IMG/VR virus record: IMGVR_UViG_3300019890_000003
Coordinates: 1-64,000 of that record
Strand: one strand, 5' to 3'
DNA from: a virus
DNA length: 64,000 nt
Under the pieces are notes generated by a model. It worked only from the letters and a program-made list of their open reading frames with translations. It did no database searches and was not told the origin of the DNA. Shown in pieces: positions 9,998-19,317 of this stretch (positions within the stretch are counted from its first letter, which is position 1; the number at the start of each line of letters is the position of its first letter). A program made the position numbers and the translations under genes.

Positions 9998-10242
9998 CAG
10001 AACTTCGGCACCTTAAGAGTGCCGCTAGATGCACCGCCAAGCGCGCCGGTCAACAGCACTACAATCATGTAGGCCGCGTAAAGCAGAATGCACACCAGGA
10101 TCACAACCAAGACAATCCGGATTAGCGTCATGAATGGTTCGCCGATGTACGGAGCCGCTAAGGCTAGCAATTGCTGCAAGGCCCACCACAAAACACCACA
10201 AATCACGAGAGCCGCGATGATGGTGAATGCCGTCATAATCAT
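9997..10242 (-). CDS. Two-TM membrane protein
   Basis: Two long hydrophobic segments. Confidence 0.6.
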   Translation of the reverse strand: MIMTAFTIIAALVICGVLWWALQQLLALAAPYIGEPFMTLIRIVLVVILVCILLYAAYMIVVLLTGALGGASSGTLKVPKF

Positions 10243-10243
10243 T

Positions 10244-10306
10244 TTAGATTCTCCCAAGAACTACCAGGATTATAAGAATGACGATGATGAAGCCGATGAT
10301 TGACAT
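10244..10306 (-). CDS. 20-aa hydrophobic micropeptide MSIIGFIIVILIILVVLGRI
   Basis: Read by hand; fills the intergenic gap; below the ORF-track cutoff. Confidence 0.4.
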   Translation of the reverse strand: MSIIGFIIVILIILVVLGRI

Positions 10307-10314
10307 GTCATGCC

Positions 10315-10608
10315 TTAATCACAGACCCACACACCATTGATCCAGCATGAAGGATACCAAGCTCCGCCTCGCCAGCCGCCATGGCCGCCGTGCCAATGGC
10401 CGCCTTCGTGGCCATGCCAGCCTTCATGGCCTCCGTGCCAACCACCGTGGCCGCCTTCATGGCCTCCGTGCCAACCACCGCCTCCGCCGTGCTCGTGGCC
10501 TCCACCGCCACCCTCATGGGCTGATGCGGTCATGCCAAGCGGCATTGCGCTCATGGCCACGGTTAGGAATAGAGCTACCATAAAATTACGCATTTTGGTC
10601 TCCGTCAC
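10315..10608 (-). CDS. Secreted Gly/His/Trp-rich low-complexity protein
   Basis: Signal peptide ending ASA; GGHEG/GWHG repeats; C-terminal CWINGVWVC. Confidence 0.65.
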   Translation of the reverse strand: MTETKMRNFMVALFLTVAMSAMPLGMTASAHEGGGGGHEHGGGGGWHGGHEGGHGGWHGGHEGWHGHEGGHWHGGHGGWRGGAWYPSCWINGVWVCD

Positions 10609-10913
10609 TTGTCTTCGTTAACGCCATGCTCAGCATCAATCTTGGCCTGCAGAGCGGTGATTTTCGCATCCAACTTATCTTTCTGAGCCTGCAACTCATT
10701 CATTTGCTTCTCTAGCTTAGAAGCGACACGAAGCTCAATCGGAGACTTGGTCTCGTGGCTCGCGCCTTTGTCCACCTCAGTCGTTTCTGTCGTGGATTTT
10801 TCCGTGGTCGTGGTGTCCGTAGACACCCCAGATTTCTTTGACGCCAAATCCGCCGCAAAGACTGGGCCTATCGCAAGCGCGACGATAAGTGTGCTAACCG
10901 CGAGAGTACGCAT
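10605..10913 (-). CDS. Secreted protein with coiled coil
   Basis: Signal peptide MRTLAVSTLIVALAIGPVFA; SD GGAG. Confidence 0.65.
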   Translation of the reverse strand: MRTLAVSTLIVALAIGPVFAADLASKKSGVSTDTTTTEKSTTETTEVDKGASHETKSPIELRVASKLEKQMNELQAQKDKLDAKITALQAKIDAEHGVNEDK

Positions 10914-11002
10914 TTTAGTCTCCTAGTTACAGATCGCCCCATGCACATATGGCAGCCATTGAAACGACAAAAATCGCAAGAATTTCGAGCTTGGTCGCAA
11001 CG

Positions 11003-11962
11003 TCAGGTATTGACATTGCAATCCTCCTCGCGCTCGCGCATGTAATTGTCCCATAGGCGCTCCAGATCGGGCTTGTTGCCAGCCCATTCGATCACGCCCC
11101 ACTGATTCTTCTTTAAATCCGTTATTGGATTGAAATCGTTCTCAAGAAGCACGCGCCACCGGAAGTTGTATTTTCTATCGCACTTCCGACCATGGAATGG
11201 ATGTTCAATTGTCTGATGACAGTATCCGAGCTTCTTATTGACCTGAGATAATGCCCGCGCTTCCCATGCTCTCAAGAACTTCACATAGTCTGCATTAATA
11301 CCATTTGGTAAAGATGCGCCGCACCGTCCAATCAGAGCGAGCGCCATGTGATGATCGCCGGCGCCGCACGCGCCTAATTCGAACAATCCGCCGATGCGGC
11401 CGATAACGCCAATCTGCCAGGCCCAGCAATAACCGGGATGAGGATAGGCATAGGGGCTATTAGTTAGAATCAGGGTCTTTGGATCAAACCTAGGGATAAC
11501 CCTGCTACCCTTATGGTAGAGGTATGCGAACGATTGAAACGCCGCGAGATGCTCGTCATTCGGCCCGAGATCGTAACAGGTCTTCCATGGTTGAACTACG
11601 GGGTATAATTGAAGATCCTTCAGCGCTTCGCTAGCCCAGCCGCTTTTCCGGAAAATTATATCGGCATCGAAGAAAGCCACGTAATTTGCGGTATGCGGGA
11701 GGCGCGACATTCCAATATTTAAGAGATTCTCTTTCGACCACGCCATTGTCGTAGCGCGCACTGGCACATGCGTCACGCGCTCGTGTGCCCCCATATCGTC
11801 TAGTTCATAGTCTCCAGCGCCATAGGCGCATTCAACTATCGTGATATCAACTTGGGGCTCGCTCAACCAGGAAGCTATAGCGGCGCGCACTAGCGCAATG
11901 CGCGATTTCCAACGTATAGGGTTAGACACCGCCGTCACAATGTGAAGCGTGGCGTGGCGCAT
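11003..11962 (-). CDS. GT-A fold glycosyltransferase-like protein
   Basis: ITIVEC, WSKENLLNIG, FFDADI (DxD), GAGDHHM, HPFHG. Confidence 0.65.
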   Translation of the reverse strand: MRHATLHIVTAVSNPIRWKSRIALVRAAIASWLSEPQVDITIVECAYGAGDYELDDMGAHERVTHVPVRATTMAWSKENLLNIGMSRLPHTANYVAFFDADIIFRKSGWASEALKDLQLYPVVQPWKTCYDLGPNDEHLAAFQSFAYLYHKGSRVIPRFDPKTLILTNSPYAYPHPGYCWAWQIGVIGRIGGLFELGACGAGDHHMALALIGRCGASLPNGINADYVKFLRAWEARALSQVNKKLGYCHQTIEHPFHGRKCDRKYNFRWRVLLENDFNPITDLKKNQWGVIEWAGNKPDLERLWDNYMREREEDCNVNT

Positions 11963-12136
11963 TTCGGCCTTCTTTTCTTACGAGTTATTGATCGACGGTC
12001 ACGGTTCCTGCGTCATAACAAGCCGTCCCCTCGGGGCACAGAACCGGAGGATCTGAGGCAAAAATCATTCGTATAGCCATGATCGCAAATGCCAGTAAAA
12101 CAAACCAAATCATGTCACTCGGACGTGGGGCACGTA

Positions 12137-12490
12137 TCACCAGCTGGCCTTCACTCTGTATTTGTTGAAATCTGCTGCGGCCGCGAACTCAAGATCCTGT
12201 CCAGCGGGCACCGTCTCAAGCAAACTAGTGAAAACTCTAATGTTTGTATGAACGCACGGGTTAAATCGTGATGGATGCCAGGCCTCTTCAATCCCTGTCG
12301 CGTCACACTTCGGCAACTTCACACTTTCTAAAAACAAGCCATATCCATCGAACCCAAATTTTGGATTCTCAACAACGTCGCGAACGGTGTAGATATGATT
12401 CTTCTGAAGTATTCCTGGGAAGTTATTTGTCGCTTCCGGAACGTGACCGGCATTGACACACACCACCAACTGACCAGGATAGAAGGCCAT
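12137..12490 (-). CDS. Small SH3/KOW-like phage protein
   Basis: MAFYPGQLVVCV...IYTVRDV; similar in style to 48191..48448. Confidence 0.55.
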   Translation of the reverse strand: MAFYPGQLVVCVNAGHVPEATNNFPGILQKNHIYTVRDVVENPKFGFDGYGLFLESVKLPKCDATGIEEAWHPSRFNPCVHTNIRVFTSLLETVPAGQDLEFAAAADFNKYRVKASW

Positions 12491-12628
12491 CTTCGATCTC
12501 TCTATTTTACGTTGACCCACGCCGCTACAATAAGCCCGCACATAACTGAAAAGATAATATGAAAATGATAGCTGACCCAATCAAAGACATCTGCGATGAT
12601 GTTCAGGAATGCATCCATCGTCGTCGGC

Positions 12629-13141
12629 CTAAGCACGATGGGTCCAACGATGGCGATGGTGCCAATGGTGCCAATGGTGCCAATGATGAACATGGCGGCC
12701 ACGGCCTCCGCGAAGACCATGCCAGATAGTGCTAGAGAATCCTCCATGTGAAGCACCCCAGCGCTTCATGAACCGAATCTGCGCAGGGACGGTACTTGGA
12801 TTCCTAGCGTTCAGTCCGGTCTGTCTAGTAAAGACCTCTCCCATTCCAGCGTCCCGATTACCTCTGGTATTATGACGGCCCCCATAATGCAATTGAAATG
12901 GCCCGAACGATGATCCATGATTGCCAATGTAGCAGTGGAAGCCTTCGGTATGGTAAACCTTTAGAAGTTGCCTAGTTTGTCTACCGCCCATCTCTTTAAT
13001 TATGGCTGTCCTGGAGACATCCATAATATGGCATCCAGCAAAAGCTTCCTGAAATGACAAACATGTCAAAACAACAGTTGCTAGAATTAATACCCATCGA
13101 CACCCAGTTGGTTTTCCAGAGAACATGCCCCATCCCCCCAA
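12629..13141 (-). CDS. Secreted lysozyme-superfamily-like protein with His/Trp tail
   Basis: Signal-like N-terminus; TEG...SFGPFQLHYGG; C-terminal HHW repeats. Confidence 0.5.
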   Translation of the reverse strand: MGGWGMFSGKPTGCRWVLILATVVLTCLSFQEAFAGCHIMDVSRTAIIKEMGGRQTRQLLKVYHTEGFHCYIGNHGSSFGPFQLHYGGRHNTRGNRDAGMGEVFTRQTGLNARNPSTVPAQIRFMKRWGASHGGFSSTIWHGLRGGRGRHVHHWHHWHHWHHRHRWTHRA

Positions 13142-13149
13142 ACTTGAAC

Positions 13150-13455
13150 CTATGGAAGAATATTCCCAAAGACAGCAGTATCGATGTAACTATGCGGATC
13201 AAACCTGACAAACAGAGGAGGATTAAAGAATGGTACTTGCGGAATATGATTGACTGGGTAGTGGCGCCTTGGCGGAGCAGGCGCATTGCAATCTGCTAAT
13301 TGAAAGAGCCCAGACTCAAGAGGAATCGGTCCAAGCGTAGAGTTATAAGAGTACCACCCGACCGGAATGTGGTTCGTATCTGACTTGCGGATGTTGATTT
13401 CTAGATACCATTGCCCTGGCACAAACGAGATAAACCTGGCATTTGGGCTCGTCAT
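13150..13455 (-). CDS. Protein with one C-terminal PFFNP...FDPHSYID repeat
   Basis: C-terminus parallels that of the upstream 1290-aa protein. Confidence 0.65.
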   Translation of the reverse strand: MTSPNARFISFVPGQWYLEINIRKSDTNHIPVGWYSYNSTLGPIPLESGLFQLADCNAPAPPRRHYPVNHIPQVPFFNPPLFVRFDPHSYIDTAVFGNILP

Positions 13456-16400
13456 GGCAATATGTGTCCGCCCCGAATCATTTGTTCGACATACATCATG
13501 GGGTTAAATTTGACGTTCTGCGTTGGATTGTAAAACGGAACGGCGTGAAACGCAGGTAGCGGCCTGGCAGAATAGTTTGTCCGCATAGTACTGCACTTTA
13601 AAACCGGTTCCCCGTTTAGCGAGATCTCGAACCTACCGATGTCGAAGGGCGGCTGCAGCCAATTCCCAAATACATCCTGCACAGCAATCCTAATAACCGC
13701 ATCTTTATCGGCGCAAAGAACAATGATGTTGGTTTCGGTGCGGGTGCATTCAGTGTTGTCTATATATGATAGCGGATCGAATCTTACGGTTATAAACGGA
13801 TTGAAGAATGGAACGCCGGTTACTGGAATAGGATAAAACGGAACGCGCTGCGGAACAATGAACCTGTCCCGATAGCGGCTATCGGCGAACGGCGCTCCGA
13901 GTAGAGATTGAACCTTCCCTTGGATTACCGTCGGTAGGAATGAGCTTGCCGGGTATTTTGTTGTGTCGCGATAGCTTTTATCGGCGAACGGAACGCCGAG
14001 CGCCCGCTGAACCGGCGGCTGAATAAGCCGTGGCAGGAACGGGTGCGGCGGATATTCAGAGGTATCCCGATATTTCCCGTCGCTGAACGGAACACCGAGT
14101 TGGGACTGAACCTTGCCCTGGATTACGCCAGGGAGGAACGCATTCTTTAGACCGGCGGCAGTATCGAAATAGCCCTTGACGTCGAACTTGACAACCGGGA
14201 ATGGATTGAAGAACGGCGTCTGAACCACCGCTGGCGCAGGGAATAGACCCTGGTTGAGCGGATAGACGTAGCTGTCGCGGTACGCTTTGGCATTGAACAG
14301 TACGACATTCTCAATGAGATTTAAGAACGTCGAGGCCGGCGTTTGAATTATGGATGGAAGAAACGCATTATCGCCGACGTTGGTCGGATCGCGAAATGCG
14401 AGTGCGTTAAACGGTGCGCCAAGCAGCGACTGGACCAACGGGAACGTTGTTGGTGGCGGATAGAGTTCGGTGTTCCTCGGATAGACGTATGTGTCCCGAT
14501 ACGTAGCCGAGTTAAACGGGGCGGCGTTCTCGACGAAATTCAGGAACGTCGATGTTGGCGTCTGAATGATATTCGGAAGGAATGCGTTGTCGCCGAAGTT
14601 AGCTAGATCACGGTATCCTAGCGCGTTAAACGGCGCCCCTAGATAAGCCTGAACCTTTCCTTGGATTGTAAACGGAAGGAATGCGTTGGAGTCGAAACCC
14701 CTATCACGGTAGCTCTGCGTGCTGAAGACTGCCGGAAGAGCTTGCCCAAAGAACGGCGAGAAGACAACAGCCTGATATAAATTATCGTTTACAGAGGTGG
14801 CGGACGAATCTCTGTAGCTTAAGGTATTGAATGGTATGGGCGGCGGTGGCGGTCCAATTAACGCGCCAACTGGCTCGCCAATCGACGGTAAGAATGTAGC
14901 GTAAAGACTTCTGGATTCGTTTGCAACAAACGTCGGCGATAGATACGGATTTGGGAGCGCGAGATCGCCTCCCGCGTCATTGTAGACAGTTTCTGAGCTT
15001 GGATCAGCCCGAACAGTATCCGAATTAACTACGCTGAGGTACGCAAGCCAAACAACCTGCCCCGCGACAAACAACGGATTCGCGGTCGTGTTGATTGTAT
15101 TCCAGGCGTCGTGGCTAGGGCCTCCTGTTGCCTGCGCTAGAAGACTGCCCGGCTTACCGGCTACGTCGGAATAAACAGCCAGGGATAGGGTTGAATTGCG
15201 GCCGGTTGAACAATTAACCGATATAGACTCGATTGTCCCAGAATTCGGCACGATATACGGGCCGTTCGCTACCGTAACCCCGACCAGGTTGTAAAGGGAA
15301 CCTATTGAGGTAGTAGTATACCCTAGCTCAAACCCACGCGGCAAAAACGCGTTGAAGGTCTGATAGCCTAGCGGGTCGCGATAGCTGACGTTATTGAACG
15401 GAACGGACGCAATCGGATTGAAGAACGGCGAGACAGTTGCTACCGGGAATAGACTCGGGTTCTCGCCACCGAGCGAATAATCCCGATAATTTAGGCCGTT
15501 GAACGAAACTCCTAATAAGGACTGTACCGGATTCTGAATTGTGGCCGGCAAGAACGCATTAGCGTCAAACAGGCTATCTCGGTAGTTCAGCCCATTGAAC
15601 GGCGCGCCAAGTTGAGATTGAATCTCTCCTTGAATAATGCTCGGCAGAAATGCGTTCGGGCTCGGATCAAAATTAGCCGGATCACGATAGTTCAGGCCGC
15701 TAAACGGAAGAGGCGGCAGCGGGCTGAAGAATGGCGAACCTACTGGAGCCGGGAAGAGGCTTGGATTCCTAGTCCAAGTCGAAGAATCTCGATAGCTAAG
15801 GCTGTTGAACGGAACTCCCAGCAACGATTGCGCTGGGTTCTGGATCGTCTGCGGCAGGAACGCATTGGGACTTGGATCGAAATTAGCTGGGTCGCGATAG
15901 CTCAGGCTGTTGAACGGCGCGCCGAGCAACGGCAGAATCGGGAATTGCAGTACCCGAGGAAGAAACGCGCTCCCATCAAAGAAACTGTCGCGGTAGTTAA
16001 GCCCGTTGAATGGTCCGCCGGTAAGGGACTGAATCTCTCCCTGAATGATGGACGGAAGAAATGCGTTGAATGTCTCATAACCAAGCGTGTCGAGATACGT
16101 CTTGGCGTCGAACTTGGAAACATTCTCAATGAAATTGAGGAATGTCTCGACCGGCGTTTGTATGACGCTCGGCAGAAACGCGTTTTCGCCGAAATTGCTC
16201 GGATCGGCGTATTTCTGCGAACTAAACTGTGCCGCCGTCGCCGGATTGAAAAACGGCGTCGCAGCCGGCGGTGTGCTATAAAGGCTTAGATTTACCGGCG
16301 GTATGAAATAGTCGCGATAGCCAGCGCCGCCAGTGTAGCCAGCGACGTTTAAATCGGCGCTTTCTACGGCCGTCCCGCCACCGGCTGGCACATACGTGAT

Positions 16401-17324
16401 AACGATAAGGCCTGCGCCGCCGACGCCACCGGTGCCTGCTGTCGATGATGACCAACCACCGCCACCGCCGCCACCGCCATAAAGGCCGCCAGCTCCGCCA
16501 TTACCAGCAGCGCTAGTGTCTGGGCTATTGCGCCCGCCACCGCCGCCACCGCCTCCACCAGAGCCTTTGGTGCCGTCTCCGACGTCTAGGCCATTGCCAC
16601 CCGCACCGCCGTTGCCAGCGACCGCTGCGCCATTGGTCGAGCCACCACCACCGCCACCAGATCCATTCGATCCTGTGCCGCCATTTACACCGGCACCGCC
16701 TCCTGAGCCGCCCGCCGTCGAGTCAACCGCCGCGCCACCTGGAGCCCCAGTGAACTGATCTACAAGCGGCGTGCCGCCTGTAGAGCCGCCGCCATTACCG
16801 CCGCCGCCGCCGCCGCCATTCTGGCTGAAGCCTGTACTCGCCCCTGAACTGCCGCCAGCCTTCCCAGCGCCGCCGGGGCCGCCAGCACCACCACCTGCCG
16901 ATGCGCCGTTAACAGTGTTAGCTTCCGCGCCGCCGTTACCGCCATTGACGGCCGTGCCGATCGAGCCGGATGCAAGGCCGCCTGGGCCGAATGTCGCCCC
17001 AGTAGCGCCGCCGCCCGCTTTCGCGCCGCAGCTCGAGCCGCCGAGAGTCGTGCCGTTAAACCAAGTGTCGCCGCCAGTGGTGCCGATAGCGCCGCCGACG
17101 CCGACCGTATAAGTGGCCGTGCCACCAGGCGTTAGGTTGACATTGGCGATCTTGGAATATGCGCCACCACCGCCGCCAGCACCTGTGGTATTGGTGCCTA
17201 CAACACCGCTAGCCCCGCCGCCTCCAGCACCGACCGTCTCAACGCTATTGTTTAAAATATTGAAATCGGTCGGAACATTGAATGTCGCGAGCGAGCCCGA
17301 CGTCAGATAAATGACTACCGCCAT
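13452..17324 (-). CDS. Giant virion-accessory-like protein: Gly-rich N-terminal domain plus about 21 F-x4-Y-x-D repeats with an inserted beta-sandwich
   Basis: 1290-aa ORF; repeats such as LGAPFNSLSYRD...NAFLP. Confidence 0.75.
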   Translation of the reverse strand: MAVVIYLTSGSLATFNVPTDFNILNNSVETVGAGGGGASGVVGTNTTGAGGGGGAYSKIANVNLTPGGTATYTVGVGGAIGTTGGDTWFNGTTLGGSSCGAKAGGGATGATFGPGGLASGSIGTAVNGGNGGAEANTVNGASAGGGAGGPGGAGKAGGSSGASTGFSQNGGGGGGGNGGGSTGGTPLVDQFTGAPGGAAVDSTAGGSGGGAGVNGGTGSNGSGGGGGGSTNGAAVAGNGGAGGNGLDVGDGTKGSGGGGGGGGGRNSPDTSAAGNGGAGGLYGGGGGGGGWSSSTAGTGGVGGAGLIVITYVPAGGGTAVESADLNVAGYTGGAGYRDYFIPPVNLSLYSTPPAATPFFNPATAAQFSSQKYADPSNFGENAFLPSVIQTPVETFLNFIENVSKFDAKTYLDTLGYETFNAFLPSIIQGEIQSLTGGPFNGLNYRDSFFDGSAFLPRVLQFPILPLLGAPFNSLSYRDPANFDPSPNAFLPQTIQNPAQSLLGVPFNSLSYRDSSTWTRNPSLFPAPVGSPFFSPLPPLPFSGLNYRDPANFDPSPNAFLPSIIQGEIQSQLGAPFNGLNYRDSLFDANAFLPATIQNPVQSLLGVSFNGLNYRDYSLGGENPSLFPVATVSPFFNPIASVPFNNVSYRDPLGYQTFNAFLPRGFELGYTTTSIGSLYNLVGVTVANGPYIVPNSGTIESISVNCSTGRNSTLSLAVYSDVAGKPGSLLAQATGGPSHDAWNTINTTANPLFVAGQVVWLAYLSVVNSDTVRADPSSETVYNDAGGDLALPNPYLSPTFVANESRSLYATFLPSIGEPVGALIGPPPPPIPFNTLSYRDSSATSVNDNLYQAVVFSPFFGQALPAVFSTQSYRDRGFDSNAFLPFTIQGKVQAYLGAPFNALGYRDLANFGDNAFLPNIIQTPTSTFLNFVENAAPFNSATYRDTYVYPRNTELYPPPTTFPLVQSLLGAPFNALAFRDPTNVGDNAFLPSIIQTPASTFLNLIENVVLFNAKAYRDSYVYPLNQGLFPAPAVVQTPFFNPFPVVKFDVKGYFDTAAGLKNAFLPGVIQGKVQSQLGVPFSDGKYRDTSEYPPHPFLPRLIQPPVQRALGVPFADKSYRDTTKYPASSFLPTVIQGKVQSLLGAPFADSRYRDRFIVPQRVPFYPIPVTGVPFFNPFITVRFDPLSYIDNTECTRTETNIIVLCADKDAVIRIAVQDVFGNWLQPPFDIGRFEISLNGEPVLKCSTMRTNYSARPLPAFHAVPFYNPTQNVKFNPMMYVEQMIRGGHILP

Positions 17325-17372
17325 GGCGACCCTAATGGTATGTCGCCTTAGGCGTCGTATGTTAGCCGCTGG

Positions 17373-17885
17373 CTATGGTAGCACCTTCAATATCCACGTA
17401 TTGATAAACGGCGTAATTCCAGGAGGAGGAGATAGGATCGCATTGTTGTAATCGGCACTGTCACGGTAACTCATACTGTTAAACGGCGCCCCGAGTTGCG
17501 ACTGCACTTTCCCCTGAATTAGCTTCGGCAGGAACGCGCTACCGTCAAAGAAGCTATCACGATACGTGAACGCATTGAATGGCGCCGGAATAAACGGATT
17601 AGAAAATGGCGCCAGCGTGGCGCCAAGGTATTGAATTACGCCGATCGCATCCGCGAGTTCCATCGCGGTTGTGGGTAGAGTCGGCAAAAGGCCGTTGTCG
17701 CTCCAGCTATTTCTATCCTGGTAGCTTAAACTCTGAAACGGAATTATGGGGGTTAGACCAAAAAACGGTTTCGCAGCAGCGGCCGGAGGATATAAGCTTT
17801 TGTTTAGCGGGAGATCCGCAGGATCGAGATAATTATGGCCATCAAACTTCGGCGGTCTGTTAAGAGATGTGCCGTATCGCGCCAT
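17373..17885 (-). CDS. Protein built of 4 F-x4-Y-x-D repeats
   Basis: FDGHNYLD, FQSLSYQD, FNAFTYRD, FNSMSYRD; shares YRDSFFDGSAFLP with the 1290-aa protein. Confidence 0.65.
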   Translation of the reverse strand: MARYGTSLNRPPKFDGHNYLDPADLPLNKSLYPPAAAAKPFFGLTPIIPFQSLSYQDRNSWSDNGLLPTLPTTAMELADAIGVIQYLGATLAPFSNPFIPAPFNAFTYRDSFFDGSAFLPKLIQGKVQSQLGAPFNSMSYRDSADYNNAILSPPPGITPFINTWILKVLP

Positions 17886-17909
17886 GAAGCCGGACCTCTC
17901 GGCTTATCC

Positions 17910-18725
17910 CTACAGCCATGCGTTTACGAATGGGTCCACAGCAGCCGGTGGAAGAAACGTCTGCAGATCGAACGCAGGTGATGCGAAGATGCCGTACGGA
18001 TCAGACTCCAGAAGCACAGCGTCTTGTTGGGTAAGCGCATGATCCCAAAAATAGATCGCCATCATCGCCGTGTCTGGCATGGCCTGGATCTCTAATGCGG
18101 CGGTTGATTGCGTACCGGCACCAGCAGAAACCCCCGTCGACGTCAGATATGATGCAGCATCCACCCAGACATTGCTGGTCAGTGGATTAATCTTAAGGGA
18201 GGCCAAAACACCATGAATTCCATTGCTTACTGCTGCGCCAGGACCGACAGTGGAGAACGCACCATAATAAAGGCAATGTAGGTTGCTGTTAGCTGAAGAC
18301 GTGAGCGGCCCGAAGCCGATGGGGCTAGCAGTGTTCGCGGCGTCACGCACGAACATCATGCCGTTGGCGCTGGCAGTCGAGACGCCTATCTGGCGATAAC
18401 GTATATAGAACGATATTTGTGGGGTCCACGCCACGATGCGCGGTGAGAGCGCGCCAGCCGCCGTGCATAAGCCATACCCGGTGTTAACCGCAGTACCAAT
18501 TACCGGCCCTTCCTGAGTGACAGCCGGTATCCCTGTGCAGGCGGCACCAGCATTTTGAACATCTACATAGAGAAAAGGCTTATTGATGCCGGTATAATCC
18601 ACCCAGGATATCCCAGGAAGATATGCACCAATCAGTCCATCCGCCAGCGGGTGAGTCCGGTTAATCGAAAGACTCGCCGGACGCGGAACCTGTTTCAGGC
18701 GTTGTCGCAACAGCTTGATAGGCAT
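17910..18725 (-). CDS. LamG/ConA-like lectin-fold virion accessory protein
   Basis: INRTHPLADGL start and IYFWDHALTQQD...DPYGIF end, typical of LamG-like phage proteins. Confidence 0.6.
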   Translation of the reverse strand: MPIKLLRQRLKQVPRPASLSINRTHPLADGLIGAYLPGISWVDYTGINKPFLYVDVQNAGAACTGIPAVTQEGPVIGTAVNTGYGLCTAAGALSPRIVAWTPQISFYIRYRQIGVSTASANGMMFVRDAANTASPIGFGPLTSSANSNLHCLYYGAFSTVGPGAAVSNGIHGVLASLKINPLTSNVWVDAASYLTSTGVSAGAGTQSTAALEIQAMPDTAMMAIYFWDHALTQQDAVLLESDPYGIFASPAFDLQTFLPPAAVDPFVNAWL

Positions 18726-18732
18726 ATGCGCG

Positions 18733-19209
18733 CTATGTCATGCTTATGTTGTAGGTGCGATAGCTAGATGTATTGCCTGACGCCGGCGTCGAGTTAGTAC
18801 CTGTCCCGTTGAAAATAACAAACTTAAAAGAGCCAGGCGGTATGACAATTTGAGTTAGAGAGCCATTTGTCGCTGTCGTGGTCACTACTGGTAAAGCGAT
18901 ACTACCGACCGAATAGTTAGAGGCTGGCGGCCCGGCCGCAGCCGTGGCGAACCGGCCATCACCATATGTCGAGCCATCTTGGTTAAGCGGGTAGAGATAA
19001 ACCCCCAAGAAGGGCGCACCAGTTGTCGTCATCGCCGCAATATGAACAGAGAAATCGCAGAACATATCAAGTGCCGTGCCGTTGGTGATGACGACAGAGC
19101 TAGCTATGGCGTCATTAATCGGAAGCGCCGTGGTAGTGAATTCCGTTCCGAACGCCGCCGTCCACGTTAGGCCTACGCCACTGCCAGCGATCCAGTGTGA
19201 AGCTGTCAT
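18733..19209 (-). CDS. Beta-sandwich structural protein
   Basis: 158 aa, Thr/Ala-rich; IVIPPGSFKFVIFN. Confidence 0.6.
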   Translation of the reverse strand: MTASHWIAGSGVGLTWTAAFGTEFTTTALPINDAIASSVVITNGTALDMFCDFSVHIAAMTTTGAPFLGVYLYPLNQDGSTYGDGRFATAAAGPPASNYSVGSIALPVVTTTATNGSLTQIVIPPGSFKFVIFNGTGTNSTPASGNTSSYRTYNISMT

Positions 19210-19317
19210 TTTCTTTCTAGCCTGCTATTCCACGTTGACGAACGGGTTGTTTGACGGCGCGAAATCAGTGGTGAATGCCGCGCTTGCTCCCAACCAGCTA
19301 ATAGAGGCAGAAGTGCA

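Noticed and set aside
11995-12050. Hairpin CGGTTC...GAACCG upstream of the glycosyltransferase, a possible riboswitch
   Set aside because: No recognisable aptamer consensus; a single unreplicated hairpin.
13800-16330. Recurrent DNA repeats (e.g. GAACGGCGC, GAAACGC/GAATGC) that might suggest a CRISPR array or DGR
   Set aside because: They are degenerate at synonymous positions and in frame within one ORF, so they are protein repeats. No cas gene or reverse transcriptase is present in the window.
16364-17310. Pro-rich plus-strand ORFs and GCC-type tandem repeats
   Set aside because: Antisense shadows of the Gly-rich domain of the 1290-aa protein.
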